This document shows positions 52,034 to 64,000 of a stretch of 64,000 bases of DNA, one piece after another. Positions within the stretch are counted from its first letter, which is position 1. Each line of letters starts with the position of its first letter. Origin of the DNA: Eledone cirrhosa (Eukaryota); contig OZ024742.1 of NCBI GenBank assembly GCA_964016885.1, forward strand, positions 3,224,001 through 3,288,000, in the 5' to 3' direction. Under the pieces are notes generated by a model that worked only from the letters and a program-made list of their open reading frames with translations, had not been told where the DNA came from and did not search any database. A program made the position numbers and the translations under genes.

Positions 52034-55000
52034 TTGAAGACAGCAACGTTGAAGACAGCAACTTTGAAGACAGCAGCATTGAAGACAACAACGTTGAAGA
52101 CAGCAACGTTGAAGACATCAACGTTTGAAGACAACAACGTTGAAGACAACAACGTTGAAGACAGCAACGTTGAAGACAAAAACATAGAAGATAGCAACGT
52201 TGAAGACAGCAACGTTGAATACAGCAACGTTGAAGACAGCAACGTTGAAGACAACAACGTTGAAGACAACAACGTTGAAGACAATAACGTTGAAGACATC
52301 AACGTTGATGACAGCAACGTTGAGGCAGCAACGTTGAAGACAACAACGTTGAAGACAACAACGTTGAAGGCAGCAACGTTGAAGACAGCAACGTTGAAGA
52401 CAGCAACGTTGAAGACAACAACGTTGAAGACAACAACGTTGAAGACAGCAACGTTTAAGACAGCAACGTTGAAGACAGCAACGTTAAAGACAACAAGGTT
52501 GAAGACAACAACGTTGAAGACAGCAACGTTGAAGACAACAACGTTGAAGACAGCAACGTTTAAGACAGCAACGTTGAAGACAGCAACGTTAAAGACAACA
52601 AGGTTGAAGACAACAACGTTGAAGACAGCAACGTTGAAGACATCAACGTTGACGACAGCAACGTTGAAGACAACAACGTTGAAGACAGCAACGTTTAAGA
52701 CAGCAACGTTGAAGACAGCAACGTTGAAGACAACAACGTTGAAGACAGCAACGTTGAAGACAGCAACGTTGAAGACAACAACGTTGAAGAAAACAACGTT
52801 GAAGACAACAACGTTGAAGACAGCAACGTTTAAGACAGCAACGTTGAAGACAACAACGTTGAAGACAACAACGTTGAAGACAGCACCGTTGAAGACAACA
52901 ACGTTGAAGACAGCAACGTTGAAGACAACAACGTTGAAGACAGCAACGTTTAAGACAGCAACGTTGAAGACAGCAACGTTGAAGACAACAACGTTGAAGA
53001 CAGCAACGTTGAAGACAGCAACGTTGAAGACAATAACGTTGAAGACAGCAACGTTGAAGACAGCAACGTTGAAGACAGCAGCGTTGAAGACAACAACGTT
53101 GAAGACAGCAACGTTGAAGACAAAAACGTAGAAGACAGCAACGTTGAAGACAACAACGTTGAAGACAGCAACGTTGAAGACAACAACGTTGAAGACAGCA
53201 ACGTTGAAGACAGCAACGTTGAAGACAACAACGTTGAAGAAAACAACGTTAAAGACAACAACGTTGAAGACAACAACGTTGAAGACAGCAACGTTGAAGA
53301 CAGCAACGTTGAAGACAACAACGTTGAAGAAAACAACGTTGAAGACAACAACGTTGAAGACAGCAACGTTTAAGACAGCAACGTTGAAGACAACAACGTT
53401 GAAGACAACAACGTTGAAGACAACAACGTTGAAGACAACAACGTTGAAGACAGCAACGTTGAAGACAACAACGTTGAAGACAGCAACGTTGAAGACAACA
53501 ACGTTGAAGACAGCAACGTTTAAGACAGCAACGTTGAAGACAGCAACGTTGAATACTACAACGTTGAAGACAATAACGTTGAAGATAGCAAAGTTGAATA
53601 CAACAACGTTGAAAAGAACGACGTTGTAGATAACAACGTTGAAGACAGCAACGTTGAAGATAACAAAGTTGAAGACAATAACGTTGAAGACAATAACGTT
53701 GATGACAGCAACGTTGAGGCAGCAACGTTGAAGACAACAACGTTGAAGACAACAACGTTGAAGACAGCAACGTTGAAGACAGCAACGTTGAAGACAGCAA
53801 CGTTGAAGACAACAACGTTGAAGACAGCAACGTTGAAGACAACAACGTTGAAGACAACAACGTTGAAGACAGCAACGTTGAAGACAGCAACGTTGAAGAC
53901 AGCAACGTTGAAGACAACAACGTTGAAGACAGCAACGTTGAAGACAGCAACGTTGAAGACAGCAACGTTGAAGACAGCAACGTTGAAGACAACAACGTTG
54001 AAGACAGCAACGTTGAAGACAGCAACGTTTAAGATAGCAACGTTGAAGACATCAACGTTGAAGACAACAACGTTGAAGACAGCAACGTTGAAGACAGCAA
54101 CGTTGAAGACAACAACGTTGAAGACAGCAACGTTGAAGACAGCAACGTTGAAGACAGCAACGTTGATGACAGCAACGTTGAAGACAACAACGTTGAAGAC
54201 AACAACGTTGAAGACAGTAACGTTTAAGACAGCAACGTTGAAGAAAGCAACGTTGAAGACAACAACGTTGAAGACAGCAACGTTAAAGACTGTAACCTTG
54301 AAGACAACAACGCTGAAGACAGCAACGTTGAAGACAACATCGTTGAAGACAGCAACGTTGAAGACAACAACGTTGAAGACAACAACGTTGAAGACAACAA
54401 CGTTGAAGACAACAACGTTGAAGACAGCAACGTTGAAGACAGCAACGTTGAAGACAACAACGTTGAAGACAACAACGTTGAAGACAACAACGTTGAAGAC
54501 AGCAACGTTGAAGACAACAACGTTGAAAAGAACGACGTTGTAGATAACAACGTTGAAGACAGCAACGTTGAAGATAACAAAGTTGAAGACAATAACGTTG
54601 AAGACAATAACGTTGAAGACATCAACGTTGATGACAGCAACGTTGAGGCAGCAACGTTGAAGACAACAACGTTGAAGACAACAACGTTGAAGACAACAAC
54701 GTCGAAGACAACAACGTTGAAAACAACATCATTGAAGACAAAAACGTTGAAGACAGCAACGTTGAAGGCAACAACGTTGAAGATAACAACGTTGAATACA
54801 ACAACGTTGAAGACAATAACGTTGAAGATAGCAAAGTTGAATACAACAACGTTGAAAAGAACGACGTTGTAGATAACAACGTTGAAGACAGCTACGTTGA
54901 AGATAACAAAGTTGAAGACAATAACGTTGAAGACAATAACGTTGAAGACATCAACGTTGATGACAGCAACGTTGAGGCAGCAACGTTGAAGACAACAACG

Positions 55001-58000
55001 TTGAAGACAACAACGTTGAAGACAGCAACGTTGAAGACAGCAATGTTGAAGACATCAACGTTGAAGACAGCAACGTTGAAGACAACAACGTTGAAGACAG
55101 CAACGTTGAAGACAACAACGTTGAAGACAGCAACGTTGAAGACAACAACGTTGAAGACAGCAACGTTTAAGACATCAACGTTGAAGACAGCAACGTTGAA
55201 GACAACAACGTTGAAGACAGCAACGTTGAAGACAGCAACGTTGAAGACAACAACGTTGAAGACAGAAACGTTGAAGACAACAACGTTGAAGAAAACAACG
55301 TTGAAGACAACAACGTTGAAGACAACAACGTTGAAGACAGCAACGTTGAAGACAGCAACGTTGAAGACAACAACGTTGAAGACAACAACGTTGAAGACAA
55401 CAAAGTTGAAGACAACAACGTCGAAGACAACAACGTTGAAAACAACATCATTGAAGACAAAAACGTTGAAGACAGCAACGTTGAAGGCAACAACGTTGAA
55501 GATAACAACGTTGAATACTACAACGTTGAAGACAATAAACGTTGAAGATAGCAAAGTTGAATACAACAACGTTGAAAAGAACGACGTTGTAGATAACAAA
55601 GTTGAAGACAATAACGTTGAAGACAATAACGTTGAAGACATCAACGTTGATGACAGCAACGTTGAGGCAGCAACGTTGAAGACAACAACGTTGAAGACAA
55701 CAACGTTGAAGACAGCAACGTTTAAGACAGCAACGTTGAAGACAACAACGTTGAAGACAACAACGTTGAAGACAACAACGTTGAAGACAACAACGTTGAA
55801 GACAGCAACGTTGAAGACAACAACGTTGAAGACAGCAACGTTGAAGACAACAACGTTGAAGACAGCAACGTTTAAGACAGCAACGTTGAAGACAGCAACG
55901 TTGAATACTACAACGTTGAAGACAATAACGTTGAAGATAGCAAAGTTGAATACAACAACGTTGAAAAGAACGACGTTGTAGATAACAACGTTGAAGACAG
56001 CAACGTTGAAGATAACAAAGTTGAAGACAATAACGTTGAAGACAATAACGTTGATGACAGCAACGTTGAGGCAGCAACGTTGAAGACAACAACGTTGAAG
56101 ACAACAACGTTGAAGACAGCAACGTTGAAGACAGCAACGTTGAAGACAGCAACGTTGAAGACAACAACGTTGAAGACAGCAACGTTGAAGACAACAACGT
56201 TGAAGACAACAACGTTGAAGACAGCAACGTTGAAGACAGCAACGTTGAAGACAGCAACGTTGAAGACAACAACGTTGAAGACAGCAACGTTGAAGACAGC
56301 AACGTTGAAGACAGCAACGTTGAAGACAGCAACGTTGAAGACAACAACGTTGAAGACAGCAACGTTGAAGACAGCAACGTTTAAGATAGCAACGTTGAAG
56401 ACATCAACGTTGAAGACAACAACGTTGAAGACAGCAACGTTGAAGACAGCAACGTTGAAGACAACAACGTTGAAGACAGCAACGTTGAAGACAGCAACGT
56501 TGAAGACAGCAACGTTGATGACAGCAACGTTGAAGACAACAACGTTGAAGACAACAACGTTGAAGACAGTAACGTTTAAGACAGCAACGTTGAAGAAAGC
56601 AACGTTGAAGACAACAACGTTGAAGACAGCAACGTTAAAGACTGTAACCTTGAAGACAACAACGCTGAAGACAGCAACGTTGAAGACAACATCGTTGAAG
56701 ACAGCAACGTTGAAGACAACAACGTTGAAGACAACAACGTTGAAGACAACAACGTTGAAGACAACAACGTTGAAGACAGCAACGTTGAAGACAGCAACGT
56801 TGAAGACAACAACGTTGAAGACAACAACGTTGAAGACAACAACGTTGAAGACAGCAACGTTGAAGACAACAACGTTGAAAAGAACGACGTTGTAGATAAC
56901 AACGTTGAAGACAGCAACGTTGAAGATAACAAAGTTGAAGACAATAACGTTGAAGACAATAACGTTGAAGACATCAACGTTGATGACAGCAACGTTGAGG
57001 CAGCAACGTTGAAGACAACAACGTTGAAGACAACAACGTTGAAGACAGCAACGTTGAAGACAACAACGTTGAAGACAACAACGTTGAAGACAACAACGTC
57101 GAAGACAACAACGTTGAAAACAACATCATTGAAGACAAAAACGTTGAAGACAGCAACGTTGAAGGCAACAACGTTGAAGATAACAACGTTGAATACAACA
57201 ACGTTGAAGACAATAACGTTGAAGATAGCAAAGTTGAATACAACAACGTTGAAAAGAACGACGTTGTAGATAACAACGTTGAAGACAGCTACGTTGAAGA
57301 TAACAAAGTTGAAGACAATAACGTTGAAGACAATAACGTTGAAGACATCAACGTTGATGACAGCAACGTTGAGGCAGCAACGTTGAAGACAACAACGTTG
57401 AAGACAACAACGTTGAAGACAGCAACGTTGAAGACAGCAATGTTGAAGACATCAACGTTGAAGACAGCAACGTTGAAGACAACAACGTTGAAGACAGCAA
57501 CGTTGAAGACAACAACGTTGAAGACAGCAACGTTGAAGACAACAACGTTGAAGACAGCAACGTTTAAGACAGCAACGTTGAAGACAGCAACGTTGAAGAC
57601 AACAACGTTGAAGACAGCAACGTTGAAGACAGCAACGTTGAAGACAACAACGTTGAAGACAGAAACGTTGAAGACAACAACGTTGAAGAAAACAACGTTG
57701 AAGACAACAACGTTGAAGACAACAACGTTGAAGACAGCAACGTTGAAGACAGCAACGTTGAAGACAACAACGTTGAAGACAACAACGTTGAAGACAACAA
57801 AGTTGAAGACAACAACGTCGAAGACAACAACGTTGAAAACAACATCATTGAAGACAAAAACGTTGAAGACAGCAACGTTGAAGGCAACAACGTTGAAGAT
57901 AACAACGTTGAATACTACAACGTTGAAGACAATAAACGTTGAAGATAGCAAAGTTGAATACAACAACGTTGAAAAGAACGACGTTGTAGATAACAAAGTT

Positions 58001-61000
58001 GAAGACAATAACGTTGAAGACAATAACGTTGAAGACATCAACGTTGATGACAGCAACGTTGAGGCAGCAACGTTGAAGACAACAACGTTGAAGACAACAA
58101 CGTTGAAGACAGCAACGTTGAAGACAGCAACGTTGAAAACAGCAACGTTGAAGACAACAACGTTGAAGACAGCAACGTTGAAGACAACAACGTTGAAGAC
58201 AGCAACGTTGAAGACAAAAACGTAGAAGACAGCAACGTTGAAGACAACAACGTTGAAGACAGCAACGTTAAAGACAACAACGTTGAAGACAGCAACGTTG
58301 AAGACAGCAACGTTGAAGACAACAACGTTGAAGAAAACAACGTTGAAGACAACAACGTTGAAGACAACAACGTTGAAGACAGCAACGTTGAAGACAGCAA
58401 CGTTGAAGATAACAACGTTGAAGAAAACAACGTTGAAGACAACAACGTTGAAGACAGCAACGTTTAAAACAGCAACGTTGAAGACAACAACGTTGAAGAC
58501 AACAACGTTGAAGACAACAACGTTGAAGACAACACCGTTGAAGACAGCAACGTTGAAGACAACAACGTTGAAGACAGCAACGTTGAAGACAACAACGTTG
58601 AAGACAGCAACGTTTAAGACAGCAACGTTGAAGACAGCAACGTTGAATACTACAACGTTGAAGACAATAACGTTGAAGATAGCAAAGTTGAATACAACAA
58701 CGTTGAAAAGAACGACGTTGTAGATAACAACGTTGAAGACAGCAACGTTGAAGATAACAAAGTTGAAGACAATAACGTTGAAGACAATAACGTTGATGAC
58801 AGCAACGTTGAGGCAGCAACGTTGAAGACAACAACGTTGAAGACAACAACGTTGAAGACAGCAACGTTGAAGACAGCAACGTTGAAGACAGCATCGTTGA
58901 AGACAACAACGTTGAAGACAGCAACGTTGAAGACAACAACGTTGAAGACAACAACGTTGAAGACAGCAACGTTGAAGACAGCAACGTTGAAGACAGCAAC
59001 GTTGAAGACAACAACGTTGAAGACAGCAACGTTGAAGACAGCAACGTTGAAGACAGCAACGTTGAAGACAGCAACGTTGAAGACAACAACGTTGAAGACA
59101 GCAACTTTGAAGACAGCAACGTTTAAGATAGCAACGTTGAAGACAGCAACGTTGACGACAACAACGTTGAAGACAGCAACGTTGAAGACAGCAACGTTGA
59201 AGACAACAACGTTGAAGACAGCAACGTTGAAGACAGCAACGTTGAAGACAGCAACGTTGATGACAGCAACGTTGAAGACAACAACGTTGAAGACAGTAAC
59301 GTTTAAGACAGCAACGTTGAAGAAAGCAACGTTGAAGACAACAACGTTGAAGACAGCAACGTTAAAGACAGTAACCTTGAAGACAACAACGCTGAAGACA
59401 GCAACGTTGAAGACAACAACGTTGAAGACAGCAACGTTGAAGACAACAACGTTGAAGACAACAACGTTGAAGACAACAACGTTGAAGACAACAACGTTGA
59501 AGACAACAACGTTGAAGACAGCAACGTTGAAGACAGCAACGTTGAAGACAACAACGTTGAAGACAACAACGTTGAAGACAACAACGTTGAAGACAGCAAC
59601 GTTGAAGACAACAACGTTGAAAAGAACGACGTTGTAGATAACAACGTTGAAGACAGCAACGTTGAAGATAACAAAGTTGAAGACAATAACGTTGAAGACA
59701 ATAACGTTGAAGACATCAACGTTGATGACAGCAACGTTGAGGCAGCAACGTTGAAGACAACAACGTTGAAGACAACAACGTTAAAGACAGCAACGTTGAA
59801 GACAACAACGTTGAAGACAAAAACGTTGAAGACAGCAACGTTGAAGGCAACAACGTTGAAGATAACAACGTTGAATACAACAACGTTGAAGACAATAACG
59901 TTGAAGATAGCAAAGTTGAATACAACAACGTTGAAAAGAACGACGTTGTAGATAACAACGTTGAAGACAGCTACGTTGAAGATAACAAAGTTGAAGACAA
60001 TAACGTTGAAGACAATAACGTTGAAGACATCAACGTTGATGACAGCAACGTTGAGGCAGCAACGTTGAAGAAAACAACGTTGAAGACAACAACGTTGAAG
60101 ACAGCAACGTTGAAGACAGCAATGTTGAAGACATCAACGTTGAAGACAGCAACGTTGAAGACAACAACGTTGAAGACAGCAACGTTGAAGACAACAACGT
60201 TGAAGACAGCAACGTTGAAGACAACAACGTTGAAGACAGCAACATTTAAGACAGCAACGTTGAAGACAGCAACGTTGAAGACAACAACGTTGAAGACAGC
60301 AACGTTGAAGACAGCAACGTTGAAGACAACAACGTTGAAAACAGCAACGTTGAAGACAACAACGTTGAAGAAAACAACGTTGAAGACAACAACGTTGAAG
60401 ACAACAACGTTGAAGACAGCAACGTTGAAGACAGCAACGTTGAAGACAACAACGTTGAAGACAACAACGTTGAAGACAACAACGTTGAAGACAACAACGT
60501 CGAAGACAACAACGTTGAAAACAACATCATTGAAAACAACGTTGAAAAGAACGACGTTGTAGATAACAACGTTGAAGACAGCAACGTTGAAGATAACAAA
60601 GTTGAAGACAATAACGTTGAAGACAATAACGTTGAAGACATCAACGTTGATGACAGCAACGTTGAGGCAGCAACGTTGAAGACAACAACGTTGAAGACAA
60701 CAACGTTGAAGACAGCAACGTTGAGGACAGCAACGTTGAAGACAGCAACGTTGAAGACAACAACGTTGAAGACAGCAACGTTGAAGACAACAACGTTGAA
60801 GACAACAACTTTGAAGACAGCAACGTTGAAGACAGCAACGTTGAAGACAGCAACGTTGAAGACAACAACGTTGAAGACAGCAACGTTGAAGACAGCAACG
60901 TTGAAGACAGCAACGTTGAAGACAGCAACGTTGAAGACAACAACGTTGAAGACAGTAACGTTTAAGACAGCAACGTTGAAGAAAGCAACGTTGAAGACAA

Positions 61001-64000
61001 CAACGTTGAAGACAACAACGTTGAAGACAGCAACGTTGAAGACAGTAACGTTGAAGACAACAACGCTGAAGACAGCAACGTTGAAGACAACAACGTTGAA
61101 GACAGCAACGTTGAAGACAACAACGTTGAAGACAACAACGTTGAAGACAACAACGTTGAAGACAACAACGTTGAAGACAGCAACGTTGAAGACAGCAACG
61201 TTGAAGACAACAACGTTGAAGACAACAACATTGAAGACAACAACGTTGAAGACAGCAACGTTGAAGACAACAACGTTGAAGACAACAACGTTGAAGACAG
61301 CAACGTTGAAGACAGCAACGTTGAAGACAGCAACGTTGAAGACAACAACGTTGAAGACAGCAACGTTGAAGACAGCAACGTTGAAGACAGCAACGTTGAA
61401 GACAGCAACGTTGAAGACAACAACGTTGAAGACAGCAACGTTGAAGACAGCAACGTTTAAGATAGCAACGTTGAAGACAGCAACGTTGAAGACAACAACG
61501 TTGAAGACAGCAACGTTGAAGACAGCAACGTTGAAGACAACAACGTTGAAGACAGCAACGTTGAAGACAGCAACGTTGAAGACAGCAACGTTGAAGACAA
61601 CAACGTTGAAGACAACAACGTTGAAGACAACAACGTTGAAGACAGTAACGTTTAAGACAGCAACGTTGAAGAAAGCAACGTTGAAGACAACAACGTTGAA
61701 GACAGCAACGTTGAAGACAGTAACGTTGAAGACAACAACGCTGAAGACAGCAACGTTGAAGACAACAACGTTGAAGACAGCAACGTTGAAGACAACAACG
61801 TTGAAGACAACAACGTTGAAGACAACAACGTTGAAGACAACAACGTTGAAGACAGCAACGTTGAAGACAGCAACGTTGAAGACAACAACGTTGAAGACAA
61901 CAACGTTGAAGACAACAACGTTGAAGACAGCAACGTTGAAGACAACAACGTTGAAGACAGCAACGTTGAAGAAAACAACGTTGAAGACAGCAACGTTGAA
62001 GACAACAACGTTGAAGACAACAACGTTGAAGACAACAACGTTGAAGACAACAACGTTGAAGACAACAACGTTGAAGACAACAACGTCGAAGACAACAACG
62101 TTGAAAACAACATCATTGAAGACAAAAACGTTGAAGACAGCAACGTTGAAGGCAACAACGTTGAAGATAACAACGTCGAATACAACAACGTTGAAGACAA
62201 TAACGTTGAAGATAGCAAAGTTGAATACAACAACGTTGAAAAGAACGACGTTGTAGATAACAACGTTGAAGACAGCTACGTTGAAGATAACAAAGTTGAA
62301 GACAATAACGTTGAAGACAATAACGTTGAAGACATCAACGTTGATGACAGCAACGTTGAGGCAGCAACGTTGAAGACAACAACGTTGAAGACAACAACGT
62401 TGAAGACAGCAACGTTGAAGACAGCAACGTTGAAGACAACAACGTTGAAGAAAACAACGTTGAAGACAACAACGTTGAAGACAACAACGTTGAAGACAGC
62501 AACGTTGAAGACAGTAACGTTGAAGACAACAACGCTGAAGACAGCAACGTTGAAGACAACAACGTTGAAGACAGCAACGTTGAAGACAACAACGTTGAAG
62601 ACAACAACGTTGAAGACAACAACGTTGAAGACATCAACGTTGAAGACAGCAACGTTGAAGACAGCAACGTTGAAGACAACAACGTTGAAGACAACAACGT
62701 TGAAGACAACAACGTTGAAGACAGCAACGTTGAAGACAACAACGTTGAAAAGAACGACGTTGTAGATAACAACGTTGAAGACAGCAACGTTGAAGATAAC
62801 AAAGTTGAAGACAATAACGTTCAAGACAATAACGTTGAAGACATCAACGTTGATGACAGCAACGTTGAGGCAGCAACGTTGAAGACAACAACGTTGAAGA
62901 CAGCAACGTTGAAGAAAACAACGTTGAAGACAGCAACGTTGAAGACAGCAACGTTGAAGACAACAACGTTGAAGACAACAACGTTGAAGAAAACAACGTT
63001 GAAGACAACAACGTTGAAGACAACAACGTTAAAGACAACAACGTCGAAGACAACAACGTTGAAAACAACATCATTGAAGACAAAAACGTTGAAGACAGCA
63101 ACGTTGAAGGCAACAACGTTGAAGATAACAACGTTGAATACAACAACGTTGAAGACAATAACGTTGAAGATAGCAAAGTTGAATACAACAACGTTGAAAA
63201 GAACGACGTTGTAGATAACAACGTTGAAGACAGCTACGTTGAAGATAACAAAGTTGAAGACAATAACGTTGAAGACAATAACGTTGAAGACATCAACGTT
63301 GATGACAGCAACGTTGAGGCAGCAACGTTGAAGACAACAACGTTGAAGACAACAACGTTGAAGACAGCAACGTTGAAGACAACAACGTTGAAGACAACAA
63401 CGTTGAAGACAACAACGTTGAAGACAACAACGTTGAAGACAGCAACGTTGAAGACAGCAACGTTGAAGACAGCAACGTTGAAGACAACAACGTTGAAGAC
63501 AGCAACGTTGAAGACAGCAACGTTGAAGACAGCAACGTTGAAGACAGCAACGTTGAAGAAAACAACGTTGAAGACAGCAACGTTGAAGACAGCAACGTTG
63601 AAGACAACAACGTTGAAGACAGTAACGTTTAAGACAACAACGTTGAAGAAAGCAACGTTGAAGACAACAACGTTGAAGACAGCAACGTTGAAGACAGTAA
63701 CGTTGAAGACAACAACGCTGAAGACAGCAACGTTGAAGACAACACCGTTGAAGACAGCAACGTTGAAGACAACAACGTTGAAGACAACACCGTTGAAGAC
63801 AGCAACGTTGAAGACAACAACGTTGAAGACAAAAACGTTGAAGACAACAACGTTGAAGACAACAATGTTGAAGACAGCAACGTTGAAGACAGCAACGTTG
63901 AAGACAACAACGTTGAAGACAACAACGTTGAAGACAACAGCGTTGAAGACAATAACGTTGAAGACAAAAATGTTGAAGACAGCAACGTTGAAGACAACAA
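52034..64000. repeat. 15-bp satellite GAAGACA(A/G)CAACGTT with higher-order repeats, running off the window end
   Basis: ~800 units; recurring landmark variants; 53728-54543 recurs at 56080-56895 and, with variants, at 58822-59637. Confidence 0.97.

Noticed and set aside
52034-64000. Long KTTTL/SSTLL/QRCCL ORFs as a mucin-like or other repetitive protein
   Set aside because: The 15-bp unit is stop-poor in several frames on both strands, frames switch at 14- and 16-bp variants, and no real start or splice context is evident
52034-64000. CRISPR-like array
   Set aside because: No unique spacers, no cas genes, eukaryotic context

Overview
AT-rich, microsatellite-dense animal genomic DNA; the SINE family and repeat landscape suggest an octopod cephalopod (inference). 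The only host coding sequence I can see is two minus-strand exons of a metabotropic glutamate receptor resembling insect mangetout/mXR (45387-45529, 41948-42232), so most of the window is probably intronic. The rest is mostly retroelements. (1) A young, intact Penelope-like element (PLE; 6053-14161) has an 820-codon RT + GIY-YIG ORF, tandem pLTRs, an inverted arm and three minimal hammerhead ribozymes (HHRs). (2) A decayed Neptune-like PLE has a candidate -1 frameshift heptamer. (3) A third PLE survives as a fragment. (4) A non-coding ~535-bp HHR unit (retrozyme-like) has one copy that starts at its own predicted cleavage site. (5) Several more orphan HHRs occur, most with a different palindromic stem III. 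(6) A full-length Tx1/L1 element sits inside a (GATA)n tract. There are also RTE and CRE fragments, tRNA-derived SINEs, a pogo/Tigger MITE, and a >12-kb 15-bp satellite with higher-order structure. All ribozyme folds were assigned by eye, and clade names rest on motif recall, not searches.
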